Virus record (IMG/VR): IMGVR_UViG_3300037882_001770
Location: 253,494 to 317,493 of that record
Direction: 5' to 3' (one strand)
Length of the DNA stretch: 64,000 nucleotides
Position 1 is the stretch's first letter; every line of letters starts with the position of its first letter. The notes beneath the pieces were generated by a model that was not told the DNA's origin, ran no database searches, and worked only from the letters and a program-made list of their open reading frames with translations. The translations under genes were made by a program, and so were the position numbers. This document shows positions 45,105 to 55,405 of this stretch, one piece after another.

Positions 45105-45962
45105 ATGAAAATTAAAGTCAGCGAAATATTTTACAGTCTACAAGGCGAAGGTCGTTTTGTAGGAGTGCCCAGCGTATTCTTACGCACTTATGGTTGTAAC
45201 TTTACCTGTTCAGGGTTTGGTTGCAAACCAGGAGAAAAGAGTGCAGGTGCAGACGAAGTTGCTAAAACAGTAGAGCTGTACAAAACATTTAACGACTTGC
45301 CTTTGGTAGAAACAGGGTGTGACAGCTATGCATCATGGCATCCTGCCTACAAGCACCTAAGTCCTACACAGACCACAGAAGAATTGGTAGAACGCATGCT
45401 GGCCCTAACCCCTAACAATGCATGGCAACAAAACAACGGCAATGACGTACACTTGGTCATCACCGGCGGCGAACCCTTGTTAGGGTGGCAACGTGCTTAC
45501 AAAGAGTTGTTAGAGCATCCACGCATGGCAGACTTAAAAAACATCACGTTTGAAACCAACGGAACTCAGGAACTACATGAAGATTTTAAATTGTACTTGG
45601 ATTACTGGGCCTGCGACGGTGGAAGAGAAGTTACGTTCAGTGTAAGTGCCAAGCTGAGTGCCAGTGGCGAGAAGTGGGAGGAAGCTATTCGTCCAGAAAT
45701 TGTCAACAGTTATGAAGCTTACGGACATACATATCTTAAGTTTGTAGTAGAAACCGATGATCATATTCGTGATGCTATTCGTGCCACTGATGAATTTCGT
45801 GCCGGTGGATTTCAAGGAGTAATTTACTTGATGCCGCAGGGCGGCGTGGTCGAACCATACGATCGGAACAAGTTGCGCATTGCCAATATCTGCTGTGAAC
45901 AAGGGTGGAACTACAGCCCTAGATTACACGTGGATCTCTGGGGCAACGGCTGGGGAAAGTAA
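45105..45962 (+). CDS. queE: 7-carboxy-7-deazaguanine synthase (radical SAM)
   Basis: EIFYSLQGEG, GCNFTC...CDS (insert between 2nd and 3rd Cys), ITGGEP, ETNG, SPRLH. Confidence 0.88.
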   Translation: MKIKVSEIFYSLQGEGRFVGVPSVFLRTYGCNFTCSGFGCKPGEKSAGADEVAKTVELYKTFNDLPLVETGCDSYASWHPAYKHLSPTQTTEELVERMLALTPNNAWQQNNGNDVHLVITGGEPLLGWQRAYKELLEHPRMADLKNITFETNGTQELHEDFKLYLDYWACDGGREVTFSVSAKLSASGEKWEEAIRPEIVNSYEAYGHTYLKFVVETDDHIRDAIRATDEFRAGGFQGVIYLMPQGGVVEPYDRNKLRIANICCEQGWNYSPRLHVDLWGNGWGK

Positions 45963-46219
45963 TGTGGCCAGGATGGATAATGCCAATACCAGATCTTAGT
46001 ATGCCAGATCATTATAGCGACGAAAGATTTCTTGGTCGGGCAAACGTCGGACTTGAATGGTCATTGTGGCCACGACGATGTCATGTTAGCGGTAAGTGGT
46101 TGTGGCTTACACAAGCATATTGTGCCACGTATGTTGTTACTGGCCCCGGGGATCCTTGTTTTTGGTTCCGCTGGTACAGCCGTAAAGAAATGTTAGTATT
46201 AAAATTAAAAGGATATTGA
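45962..46219 (+). CDS. Trp-rich hypothetical protein
   Basis: WPRRCHVSGKWLWL. Confidence 0.5.
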   Translation: MWPGWIMPIPDLSMPDHYSDERFLGRANVGLEWSLWPRRCHVSGKWLWLTQAYCATYVVTGPGDPCFWFRWYSRKEMLVLKLKGY

Positions 46220-46220
46220 A

Positions 46221-46601
46221 ATGAAATTTTTAGACAAACTTTTTAAAAAAAAATCAGAACCAAAATCAGAACCAAAATCAAAAAAGAAGTCTGAGAAAGA
46301 GCTTGCTACAGAACGTGGTGAAGCATATTTTGAAGTTGTTAACATGGAGATCGATCCAAAGAACATCAATGCTGGTGCATTTGAATTTGATTGGAACGAC
46401 AAGATGATTGCCGATCTTGTCAGACACGGCTATCAGATGAATCCCAAAGACACCGATGCCGATATTGTGGATCGCTGGTTTACCGCAGTGTGTAGGAATG
46501 TGGTGCTAGAAACCTACGAGCAAGAGCAAGCTATGAATCCCGAACGTGATCGCGTGGTTAAAACACGCAACATCGGCGACGGGCGTAGCGAAGTTTCATG
46601 A
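46221..46601 (+). CDS. Hypothetical phage protein
   Basis: AAGGA RBS; FEFDWND motif. Confidence 0.6.
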   Translation: MKFLDKLFKKKSEPKSEPKSKKKSEKELATERGEAYFEVVNMEIDPKNINAGAFEFDWNDKMIADLVRHGYQMNPKDTDADIVDRWFTAVCRNVVLETYEQEQAMNPERDRVVKTRNIGDGRSEVS

Positions 46602-47233
46602 TTTTTTCAGAAGACAGCATGATATTTGTGGGGTGTAGTTATACCAGCGGAGTGGGGCTGGAGAATCGTCGAGACTGCTATAGCACTGTCATGTGCGATC
46701 GATTAAACAAAAAAGAATTTAATTTTGCATATGGTGGTGCCAACAACTACAGTAGTTTTGACAAAATTTCAAAATTAAACTTGGCGGAAAACACCTCATT
46801 GGTTTTACAAATAACACAGTTGGGTAGAATAAAATATTATGATTACGATCATCAAGCTATAAAAGATAGAGTTTTTTCTAGCCAGCCAGATCGCACATTG
46901 ATGAGTGTATACCCTGACGAGTTTTTGATTTATGAATTAAATCGTTACCTTGAACTGGTCACACGATACACAAGAGCTGCCAAAATAAAGTTAATTATTT
47001 GGAGCATAGCTGATTCATTTGACAACCGGATACATCATATGGTTTCTGACTGTGTGTCTCAATTTCAAGAATACGTCTATTTAGAAAGCAAGTTAGATTC
47101 ACCTGGTTGTTATCGGGTTGACAACGGTACTGACGGCGTTGGAAAATCAATTGGATCAGGGCATCCTGGTCCCAAATCACATCAGTTAATCGCAGACAAG
47201 TTGATCTCTCATTATAAGGATTTATATTCATGA
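46598..47233 (+). CDS. SGNH-hydrolase-like protein
   Basis: GCSYTSG block I, N-x-A-x-GG, C-terminal HPG. Confidence 0.6.
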   Translation: MIFSEDSMIFVGCSYTSGVGLENRRDCYSTVMCDRLNKKEFNFAYGGANNYSSFDKISKLNLAENTSLVLQITQLGRIKYYDYDHQAIKDRVFSSQPDRTLMSVYPDEFLIYELNRYLELVTRYTRAAKIKLIIWSIADSFDNRIHHMVSDCVSQFQEYVYLESKLDSPGCYRVDNGTDGVGKSIGSGHPGPKSHQLIADKLISHYKDLYS

Positions 47234-47706
47234 TATTCAATCACATTAAAAAACTCAAACATGACGGTAAAAAAATTGGTATTACTTTCAGCACCTTTGA
47301 CATGTTGCATGCCGGTCATATTGCCATGCTGAGCGAAGCAAAGAATCATTGCGATTACTTGATTTGTGGATTACAAACAGATCCAACACTAGATCGGCCT
47401 GATACCAAAAATCAGCCCGTGCAAAGCATTGTAGAACGACAGATACAACTGGCCGCATGTAGGTATGTGGACGAAGTAGTTGTTTATCAAACAGAACGAG
47501 ATCTGCGTGACCTACTGCTGATCCTGCCCGTGGATGTGCGTATCTTAGGTGTGGAGTATGAAGACAAGGATTATAGCGGAAGACAAGAATGCTACTCACG
47601 CGATATAGAAATTATATTCAATAGTAGAGATCATTCATTCAGCTCCAGCAGTTTGCGGAAACGTGTTGCCGAATTAGAAACGATCAAGGCGCTTAAACAG
47701 CAATGA
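47230..47706 (+). CDS. Glycerol-3-phosphate cytidylyltransferase-like (TagD family)
   Basis: TFDMLHAGH, GLQTD, RYVDEV, SSSSLR. Confidence 0.8.
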   Translation: MIFNHIKKLKHDGKKIGITFSTFDMLHAGHIAMLSEAKNHCDYLICGLQTDPTLDRPDTKNQPVQSIVERQIQLAACRYVDEVVVYQTERDLRDLLLILPVDVRILGVEYEDKDYSGRQECYSRDIEIIFNSRDHSFSSSSLRKRVAELETIKALKQQ

Positions 47707-48332
47707 ACCTGTATGTAAACGGCGATAGCCACAGCTATGGAATCAATCTTGAACACACAGACAAGTTTGCCACTCTAGTGGCCAAGCAGTTTGATTTATC
47801 CGTTGAAAATCATGCACACATAGGCGCCAGCAACACTAGAATAATAAGAACAACCAGAGAATATCTGGCACAAGGCAATACTCCGTCTCTAATCATAATT
47901 GGCTGGACCACGTGGGAACGCGAGGAGTGGTTGCATAACGGCACCTACTATAATGTAAACAGTTCTGGGCATGACGCTTTACCCGATGCCCTAGCTGACC
48001 AATACAAAGAATGGGTAGTCGAACAAACACAAACTGTGCTGGAAACAAAAAGTCAGCATTGGCACAACGAAATTTATCAATTGCACAGCGAGCTGGTGCA
48101 ACAACATATTCCGCATGTGTTTTTTAATTGTATGTACAACTTTTTTAACTGTGACTCACGCAAAGAGTGGAACAATAACTATGTTGGACCCTATGACAAC
48201 GAGTTGAGTTTTTATTGGTATTTGCATCGCCAAGGGTTCAAGACCGATGCTTGGTATCACTATTCTGCAGATGGCAATCGCGCCTGGGCCGAGTTCTTGA
48301 TTAATTTTATTAGAAAAAATCAACTATTATGA
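47703..48332 (+). CDS. SGNH-hydrolase-like protein
   Basis: NGDSHSYG, GASN, C-terminal His. Confidence 0.6.
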   Translation: MNLYVNGDSHSYGINLEHTDKFATLVAKQFDLSVENHAHIGASNTRIIRTTREYLAQGNTPSLIIIGWTTWEREEWLHNGTYYNVNSSGHDALPDALADQYKEWVVEQTQTVLETKSQHWHNEIYQLHSELVQQHIPHVFFNCMYNFFNCDSRKEWNNNYVGPYDNELSFYWYLHRQGFKTDAWYHYSADGNRAWAEFLINFIRKNQLL

Positions 48333-49030
48333 TATTATATGTTAACGGCGATAGTCACACAGCTGCGGCAGAAGCAGTTAACCAACATGCATTTGCCGAA
48401 GATGACGGACAGTTGTTTTATCTAGGCCGTGCTCCTCATCCTGCTAATATCGAAGTCAGTTGGGGCAAGTTATTGTCGTTAACTCTCAAAGCCAGTTTTC
48501 ATTGTGCTGCCGAAAGTGCTAGTAGTAATGCTAGAATACTAAGAACCACTAGAGATTTTGTCAACAGTTCAAACGGGTATGATGACCTACTGATAATTAT
48601 TCAGTGGAGCACTTGGGAACGTGAAGAGTGGCTGCACAATGGTACCTACTACCAAGTAGGATCCAGTGGTATAGATGATATTCCACAAGAACTACAAGAA
48701 AAATATCGAAACTTTGTAATTGGCACTGATTGGGAATTTAAAACCAAACAAGCACACAAGGATATTTGGGAGTTCCATAACGAGCTGGAGAGAAAAGGTA
48801 TCCGTCATATTTTCTTTAATGGCAATAACCATTTTGGTGCTATTGCTGATCGTAAGGATTGGGGGAACAGCTACATTGGCCCGTATGACGCTGATAAAAC
48901 CTATAATGCTATAATCCGAGCAAAAGGTATCGACACAGTAGCACCCAATTCATGGCATTTTGGTAAGGATGGCCATAGCTTTTTTCACCGTTTTATGTTA
49001 CAATACATTAACAACAACAAGTTTATCTAA
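48329..49030 (+). CDS. SGNH-hydrolase-like protein (tandem paralog)
   Basis: NGDSHTA, ASSN, shares TWEREEWLHNGTYY with upstream gene. Confidence 0.6.
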   Translation: MILYVNGDSHTAAAEAVNQHAFAEDDGQLFYLGRAPHPANIEVSWGKLLSLTLKASFHCAAESASSNARILRTTRDFVNSSNGYDDLLIIIQWSTWEREEWLHNGTYYQVGSSGIDDIPQELQEKYRNFVIGTDWEFKTKQAHKDIWEFHNELERKGIRHIFFNGNNHFGAIADRKDWGNSYIGPYDADKTYNAIIRAKGIDTVAPNSWHFGKDGHSFFHRFMLQYINNNKFI

Positions 49031-49039
49031 GGCGGTTCT

Positions 49040-50065
49040 ATGAAGTATGTTTTGATTGACACAGCAAATCTGTTCTTCCGTGCTAGACACGGAGCATTCC
49101 GTGCTAGCGATTCTTGGGAAAAGGTAGGATTTGCCCTGCATGTTACCTTAATGGCTGCCAACAAAATGGCCCGTAGATTTGAAGCAGATCATGTGGTATT
49201 TGCCTTAGAAGGACGTAGCTGGCGCAAAGATCATTACAAGCCCTACAAAGCCAATCGTGCTGTGGCCCGAGCTGCTCTGACAGAAGCCGAACAAGAAGAA
49301 GATAAAATGTTCTGGGAATCATATGATAGTTTGACTAAATACTTGAGTGAGAGGACCAACTGTAGTGTTATACGTTGTCCAACCGCTGAAGGCGACGATA
49401 TCATAGCTCGCTGGATTGCTTTACACCCCCAAGACGAACATGTAGTAATTTCAAGCGACACAGACTTTGTACAACTGCTTGCTGAAAATGTCAAACAATA
49501 CAACGGCATTACCGACGAATTGCACACCATAGAAGGAATCTTTGATGCTAAAGGAAAAGCAGTCATTGATAAGAAAACAAAAGAACCCAAACGTATTCCA
49601 GATCCAAAGTGGTTACTTTTTGAAAAGTGCATGCGCGGCGATAGTAGTGATAATGTATTTTCTGCGTTTCCTGGTGTCAGAACCAAGGGCACTAAGAATA
49701 AAGTTGGACTCCAAGAAGCGTTTGAGGACAGAGAAAAACAAGGCTACAACTGGAACAATATGATGTTGCAACGCTGGACTGATCCAGACGGTGCTGAGCA
49801 TCGTGTACTAGATGATTACGAACGCAATCGCACTCTAATCGATTTAACAGCACAGCCAGAAGAAATTAAACAGATAGTTGATTCTTGTATTCGTGAGCAA
49901 GTCAGTCACAAAGACATTGGACAGGTGGGTGTGAGATTTATGCAGTTCTGTGGCAAATATGAATTGAATAAATGTAGTGAAAGCGCAGATAGTTTTGGAC
50001 GCTGGCTGAATGAAACATACAAGGGAGTATTAAATGACACTAGTAGCACTACCAGTAGTAGATAA
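49040..50065 (+). CDS. T4 RNase H-like 5'-3' exonuclease / flap endonuclease
   Basis: LIDTAN, YKANR, EGDDII, SSDTDF, GDSSDN acidic motifs. Confidence 0.88.
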   Translation: MKYVLIDTANLFFRARHGAFRASDSWEKVGFALHVTLMAANKMARRFEADHVVFALEGRSWRKDHYKPYKANRAVARAALTEAEQEEDKMFWESYDSLTKYLSERTNCSVIRCPTAEGDDIIARWIALHPQDEHVVISSDTDFVQLLAENVKQYNGITDELHTIEGIFDAKGKAVIDKKTKEPKRIPDPKWLLFEKCMRGDSSDNVFSAFPGVRTKGTKNKVGLQEAFEDREKQGYNWNNMMLQRWTDPDGAEHRVLDDYERNRTLIDLTAQPEEIKQIVDSCIREQVSHKDIGQVGVRFMQFCGKYELNKCSESADSFGRWLNETYKGVLNDTSSTTSSR

Positions 50066-50483
50066 GCAGTATTGGATTTTAAAAGAAAACGATCGCAAGG
50101 TCGGAAACGTGGAGGCCTGCGATGGCGGGTATCAAGTCAGGATCAACAATCAAGTAGCGCAATTCAAAACTATACGCATGGCAGCTCAGCGTGTAAACAT
50201 TGAATTTGCTCCTGTGGTTAAAACAACCAAGACTCGACAAACCACAAACCTGGTGCATGGCTATCCTGCAGCAGGACGTGTGTACAATCCCATTTGGGAC
50301 GTGCAACAAAAATTACCATTGTTTACCAAGACCAACAAATCCAAATCTTGGTATGCAGCCGGTTGGTATCAGGTCAAGAAAGGTCGCAACTGGGCCACAG
50401 TTCAAGATCCCAAATTGATTGTACTACAACGATATCCATACCACGGCCCATTTCACTCACAAGAAGAATTCACCAACACATGA
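50034..50483 (+). CDS. Hypothetical phage protein
   Basis: 149 aa; KSKSWYAAGWY, RYPYHGPF. Confidence 0.6.
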   Translation: MTLVALPVVDKQYWILKENDRKVGNVEACDGGYQVRINNQVAQFKTIRMAAQRVNIEFAPVVKTTKTRQTTNLVHGYPAAGRVYNPIWDVQQKLPLFTKTNKSKSWYAAGWYQVKKGRNWATVQDPKLIVLQRYPYHGPFHSQEEFTNT

Positions 50484-50848
50484 GCAATCCATTTTTAGAT
50501 CAAGCTCGATTTATGCAGGCCTGCGACCAGTCAGTAGGTACTCAGGATTTGTCACAGTACCAACTGTATTGCAACCTAATCAAAGAAGAATTTGACGAAC
50601 TGTGTGCCAGCGATAACATTGTTGATGATCTTGACGCATTGATTGACATTCTGGTTGTCACCATTGGTGCCATACACAGTCTTGGTGCCAATGCCGAAGG
50701 TGCTTGGAACGAAGTCATGCGCACTAACTTTGCCAAAATTGACCCGGTGACCGGGCGTGTACGCAAGCGTGAAGATGGCAAGGTACTCAAACCCGACGGA
50801 TGGACTCCACCGGATCTGGCCCCATTTACTAAAATGCCCAATGTATAA
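50480..50848 (+). CDS. MazG-like / PRA-PH-like NTP pyrophosphohydrolase
   Basis: LIKEEFDEL, DALIDIL, EV..TN..K, REDGKVLKP; start re-assigned. Confidence 0.8.
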   Translation: MSNPFLDQARFMQACDQSVGTQDLSQYQLYCNLIKEEFDELCASDNIVDDLDALIDILVVTIGAIHSLGANAEGAWNEVMRTNFAKIDPVTGRVRKREDGKVLKPDGWTPPDLAPFTKMPNV

Positions 50849-50975
50849 AGTATATTACTACCTGAGTGCCGGAACACACTCTGTCAAAACATTTGGAACA
50901 TTCAGCGAAGCCAGTCGTTTTACCTGTTTGCTGCCTACAGGCAGCGTAAGCGATTTCTTCTTGGTCATGTCATGA
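50841..50975 (+). CDS. Small hypothetical protein
   Basis: Overlaps both neighbours; 44 aa. Confidence 0.35.
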   Translation: MYKVYYYLSAGTHSVKTFGTFSEASRFTCLLPTGSVSDFFLVMS

Positions 50976-51187
50976 GCATACACCTACAACGATTTGTTGA
51001 TCGAGTACGAGGATTTGAAGCCAGAGGCGCCAAAGACTTTACCATGAGCCTCAACGACGCCAAGGATCTGCATGCCGATATCACCAGACTGTTGATTGAT
51101 TTACAAGCACTTAGAGAAAAAACCGCAGAAAAAGCCGCAGAACCGCAGGTGGTCGAGGTGCGTATGAATGGTGGCACATTCAAATAA
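50972..51187 (+). CDS. Hypothetical phage protein
   Basis: 71 aa; ATGA overlap. Confidence 0.55.
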   Translation: MSIHLQRFVDRVRGFEARGAKDFTMSLNDAKDLHADITRLLIDLQALREKTAEKAAEPQVVEVRMNGGTFK

Positions 51188-51216
51188 TATAGGTATATTT
51201 TGGCATAAATAATTGC

Positions 51217-51504
51217 ATGTCGAGACCCAAGCCAAACGTATTGGTTGAACTTACAAACAAGAGCACTTACAAAACTGAGCAGGTACTAGCGTCAGAAGGT
51301 GTATGGGCAGTGTTTTATGAGTCAAAACCAATCAACCTCAAAACATCCAATTTCCTGGTACAGTATCCTGGCCCGAAGTACAAAAAGGTCAGTTTCAGTA
51401 ATCCTGGGCATGCTATCAATCTGGCTCGGAAACTCAACACACAGTTCAAGACTGACCGGTTCACTGTGGTGTTGTTAAAGTCCGGCGACCAGATATACCC
51501 TTGA
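51217..51504 (+). CDS. Hypothetical phage protein
   Basis: ATG just after TAAATA; PGPKYKKVSFSNPGHA. Confidence 0.6.
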   Translation: MSRPKPNVLVELTNKSTYKTEQVLASEGVWAVFYESKPINLKTSNFLVQYPGPKYKKVSFSNPGHAINLARKLNTQFKTDRFTVVLLKSGDQIYP

Positions 51505-51505
51505 T

Positions 51506-51874
51506 GTGCGAGACAAAAAGAAATTAACTGCTGCTCTAGTTGAACAACTGGATCCGGAGTTGGGTCTTAACTGTGAGCATGCTTACAACACTTGGTGGCA
51601 CAATCTTCGTAACAACGGCGGCATGCGCTTGACCGCTGCAGGATATCGGGCATTTCAAGATCTGTTAAAAATTGAATACTATGTGTTTAATTTAAAACCA
51701 TTTGATATCAATTCAAAATTGATAGTGTCTATGGATCGTAAATTACAACAACCCTACTACATTGTCACTAAAAAAATGATACCCGTACAGTTGATGTTTT
51801 TTGGCAGTCGCGAAGCAATGATGGTAAATTTATATGGCGATTTAAAAAAGTTCATTGACAATTACACTCCATAG
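51506..51874 (+). CDS. Hypothetical phage protein
   Basis: GTG start; GGMRLT motif. Confidence 0.55.
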   Translation: MRDKKKLTAALVEQLDPELGLNCEHAYNTWWHNLRNNGGMRLTAAGYRAFQDLLKIEYYVFNLKPFDINSKLIVSMDRKLQQPYYIVTKKMIPVQLMFFGSREAMMVNLYGDLKKFIDNYTP

Positions 51875-51883
51875 TGTTACACT
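51855..51883 (+). promoter_or_regulatory. Sigma70-like promoter for transporter island
   Basis: TTGACA-N17-TACACT with TG extension. Confidence 0.5.
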
Positions 51884-51931
51884 ATCAACTGCGGTATTGT
51901 TATCATGCGCCGCCACCATTTTAGGAAAAAT

Positions 51932-53116
51932 ATGTACACCGTCGAACAAAATGACAAGCTGGGTTTTTATCAATTTGGAGATAAGAAATTCCACAACAAA
52001 GTAACTGCGTTAATTGAAGGAACCAAAGCCAACCAATTTCCAGAATGGAATTTCAACAAACAAGTATTTGATCAAACCAATTGGACTGTAGAACCCCCAG
52101 CAGGACTGCAAGAGTTGTATAGACTGCGGGCACTACAGTTGCGCGAACAGTACGACTATATTAGACTAGAGTGCAGTGGTGGCGGGGATTCGGCCACTGT
52201 GGCCTACAGTTTTATCAACAACGGAATACACCTGGACGAAGTGATCTTTAGATATCCCAAAACTGGTGAAAAGAATGCCACTGATGATCCGTTCAATACC
52301 AAACCCGAAAATACCCTCAGTGAATTTCGCTTTGCAGCCAAGCCCCTGTTGCAGTGGATTGCAGACCATAGTCCTGCTACCAAAATTGTCATACACGACT
52401 ACAGTGAGGACATGCTCAAAAGCCAACACGATGAATCCTGGGTGTTTAAAACTAGAGATTATTTTCAGCCCGGGCACCCATTCAAACACACAGTAGATGC
52501 CTTGGATGATCACAAGCGTACCTTGGATCAAGGGCGCAGGGTCTGCATGCTGTGGGGTGTTGACAAGCCCAAGATCTGCATCAAAGACAAAAAATGGTAT
52601 GTGTATTTTATGGACGTGCAGGCCAATGCAGCCAATCCCGACACGGCGGGCTACAGCAACATCACCAATGAATATTTCTTCTGGACTCCGGATCTGCCCG
52701 AGCTGTTGGTCAAACAAGCACACATGATCAAGAACTGGTTTGACCTCGAAAGCAACAAGCATCTACAACACTTGGTACGCTGGCCCAACTACAGCTTTAC
52801 ACAACGCACAGCCTTTGAACACATTATCAAACCGTTGATTTATCCTGACTATGATCAGACCACATTTCAAACTGCCAAACCCACCAACAGCTTTTACAAC
52901 GAAATGGATCATTGGTTTTATACCAATTTTCAAGAAACACATGCGTACCGCACATGGAAAGCTGGACTCAATTTCTTGACCAGCAATATAGATCCCAAGT
53001 ATTTCAACAATGAAATGGGACGTCCTGTGGGCTTTGTGGGCTTTATCAGTCCGTTTTATTATCTGGGTGATGCACATTTTGAAGATCCCGGTACCAATTT
53101 ACACTTTAAATTTTAA
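51932..53116 (+). CDS. PP-loop (adenine nucleotide alpha hydrolase-like) protein
   Basis: SGGGDS motif; paralog of 59358-60476; AGGA RBS. Confidence 0.65.
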   Translation: MYTVEQNDKLGFYQFGDKKFHNKVTALIEGTKANQFPEWNFNKQVFDQTNWTVEPPAGLQELYRLRALQLREQYDYIRLECSGGGDSATVAYSFINNGIHLDEVIFRYPKTGEKNATDDPFNTKPENTLSEFRFAAKPLLQWIADHSPATKIVIHDYSEDMLKSQHDESWVFKTRDYFQPGHPFKHTVDALDDHKRTLDQGRRVCMLWGVDKPKICIKDKKWYVYFMDVQANAANPDTAGYSNITNEYFFWTPDLPELLVKQAHMIKNWFDLESNKHLQHLVRWPNYSFTQRTAFEHIIKPLIYPDYDQTTFQTAKPTNSFYNEMDHWFYTNFQETHAYRTWKAGLNFLTSNIDPKYFNNEMGRPVGFVGFISPFYYLGDAHFEDPGTNLHFKF

Positions 53117-53118
53117 CA

Positions 53119-54417
53119 ATGGAGTTGTTGATCTTATTAACAGCTGGGTTAGTGACCGGCATACTGATTGGTTTGTTCCCGGTATTTCCTGTGTACGCTG
53201 GTGCATTTATTCTTTACTTGACCAGCGGCCTGTGGACTCCAGAACAGATGCTGTTGTTTTGGATTGTGGCCAGCATCGGCAGCCAATTTTTTGCCAGTGT
53301 TAGTGCTATTACACTGGGCATACCAGGCGATGCCAGCAGTTTGGTCTATATAAAAGATGTTAAAAAATTATCACTGTTGGAACGCAATCAACTGCTGTGG
53401 TTGACCAGTCGTGGTAGTTTAATCAGCGGCATAATAAGTTTGGTCTTGGTCTGGGTGTTGTACTATGTGTACACCGCAACCGGTCAAACATTTTTGTTTT
53501 CCATTGAAGCCAAATTGCTATTACTGTATTCAGTTATATTTTTCTTTATTGTCACTAGCCAGCAAAAAATACTCACACTACTGTTAAGTATATTTGGTGT
53601 GTTGATTTCTCCGCAAAACAATTACAGTTTGCCCAGCGAATGGTTTCATTTTTCAACCTTGTTTCAAAATACCACATTCTTTATGCTGATATTGGCATTA
53701 ATGATGATTCCCGACATGCTGAATTATCGCACACTACAAATAGATAATAAAAATCAATATTCTACAATTCCGTCGCAGATGCCCTGGTGGTTGATATTAA
53801 AAAATTCCATACTGGGCTGTTTGGTAGGCTTGATCCCAGGCCCGGCTGCAGAGGTGGCTGCATCAGCTGCTTATTCGTCTACTAGAACAAAAAATACCAG
53901 TTTAAAAATTGTAGCTGCCGAAACTGCCAATAATCCCGGGGTGGTCATGATGATCTTGCCGTTGTTGTTGTTGGGTCTGCCTTTTACTTCCAGCAGTTTG
54001 ATAGTGAGCAATATCATGGACAGCAAAATGGTCGCGTTGCCCGAGCTGGCCAGATCAGCCAGCACAATTGTCACAGGATTTACTGTGTTTGATGTCATGA
54101 TCATTATGGCTGTCATGACCACAGTCATTTATTATGCACTGAGTATACAGTTTATTAATGTTTATACCCGACTGGTCAGTTCTGCATATGACAAATTTAA
54201 ATGGGCAATGATTGTGCTGGTGTTGGGTATGGTCGGCGCCGACATATACATACAAGAAATATCCTGGCTGGCCTATGCAACTCTGCTAATTTTTTATATT
54301 GCTGTAGGTCAGGTACTAAGGCACTTTCGCGTCAGCCCAGTGCCCATGATATTTGTGTATTTGTTAGGAGATCAGTTGATCTGGGCCACCGGCCAATTTT
54401 TAGCCATACACTTTTGA
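53119..54417 (+). CDS. Tripartite tricarboxylate transporter TctA-like permease
   Basis: ~12 TMs; repeated G..P, LGIPG, GLIPGP, AAETANN motifs. Confidence 0.75.
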   Translation: MELLILLTAGLVTGILIGLFPVFPVYAGAFILYLTSGLWTPEQMLLFWIVASIGSQFFASVSAITLGIPGDASSLVYIKDVKKLSLLERNQLLWLTSRGSLISGIISLVLVWVLYYVYTATGQTFLFSIEAKLLLLYSVIFFFIVTSQQKILTLLLSIFGVLISPQNNYSLPSEWFHFSTLFQNTTFFMLILALMMIPDMLNYRTLQIDNKNQYSTIPSQMPWWLILKNSILGCLVGLIPGPAAEVAASAAYSSTRTKNTSLKIVAAETANNPGVVMMILPLLLLGLPFTSSSLIVSNIMDSKMVALPELARSASTIVTGFTVFDVMIIMAVMTTVIYYALSIQFINVYTRLVSSAYDKFKWAMIVLVLGMVGADIYIQEISWLAYATLLIFYIAVGQVLRHFRVSPVPMIFVYLLGDQLIWATGQFLAIHF

Positions 54418-54433
54418 CCGTATAAATATTCCT

Positions 54434-54545
54434 GCAACGCCGGGTTCTTCCGACGTGGGATTTCAACAAGACGCTTGACATACGGATGTCTTTACTGTAT
54501 TATTAATACAGAACGCCTGCCCTGAGTAGAGCTCTTCTACTAGCA
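54434..54545 (+). ncRNA. Structured leader motif, copy 1 (candidate riboswitch)
   Basis: After TATAAATA; conserved linkers and four hairpins shared with 55427-55532. Confidence 0.65.
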
Positions 54546-54574
54546 TTAAAATTCATTAACTTAAAGGAAATTAA

Positions 54575-55405
54575 ATGAAACTTCGATTCATCGTGGCCTC
54601 TATATTGGCCGTAGCTGTATCCACCGCATCCGCTGATGTGATTGTCAACAACAGCAACAAAGCCAGTCCTGGCACAGTGGTAGCAAAAACATTTGAAACA
54701 GCAGTGGGCACCAACAAGATTGACTTCTTTCAAGCCAATACGTGTGAAGAGGCACAAGCAAAATTTCAGTCTAGTAAAAATGCAGTAATGATTTACAATG
54801 CCGACGTTGGAATTGCAGCCCTGGGCAAAGGATTAAAATGCCCACTGACAGCCAAACCAGAACAAACTGTGTTCATTGGAAAAAGCTATTTAAAAGTGTG
54901 TACCAGTGCCAAAGCGCCCAAAACACTAGAACAGGCCAAAACCATTGGCGCTGCCAGCGTTATTCTGAGCAAAGGACTTGTTGAGGACTACAACAGCAAT
55001 GGATTAAATCTCAAAGGTGTTCCCTACGGTGGCAGCGTAGGTGTATTGGGCGGACTGATCGCCGGTGACATCGATGTGGGCTTTGTGGCCAGCAGCATTG
55101 CCGATCCTGCAATCGAATCCGGACAAATCACTTGTGCATTGAGTACCGATCCGCGTCGTGCAGATTATGTGGCCAACAAGTACAAGTTAAAAGTACCGTC
55201 CATGCCCATTGTCAAGGTATTCTACACCAACACCGACAATCCTGCATTTATTTCTGAGTTGCAAGCTGCCGTAAAGAAAGAAGAGTTTCAGGCATTTTTA
55301 GCAAAAGCCAAATACGATGATGTCAAAACTGGTAAAATTACACAAAAAGACCTTGATGCAGTGCAAAACTACATTACAGATTCGTATAACTACTACTGGA
55401 AATGA
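54575..55405 (+). CDS. Periplasmic solute-binding protein (TctC/Bug-like)
   Basis: Signal peptide ending ASA; VPYGGS...LIAGDID motif; follows TctA. Confidence 0.65.
   Translation: MKLRFIVASILAVAVSTASADVIVNNSNKASPGTVVAKTFETAVGTNKIDFFQANTCEEAQAKFQSSKNAVMIYNADVGIAALGKGLKCPLTAKPEQTVFIGKSYLKVCTSAKAPKTLEQAKTIGAASVILSKGLVEDYNSNGLNLKGVPYGGSVGVLGGLIAGDIDVGFVASSIADPAIESGQITCALSTDPRRADYVANKYKLKVPSMPIVKVFYTNTDNPAFISELQAAVKKEEFQAFLAKAKYDDVKTGKITQKDLDAVQNYITDSYNYYWK

Noticed and set aside
46250-46280. AAAATCAGAACC tandem repeat
   Set aside because: In-frame low-complexity KSEP repeat with no further structure.
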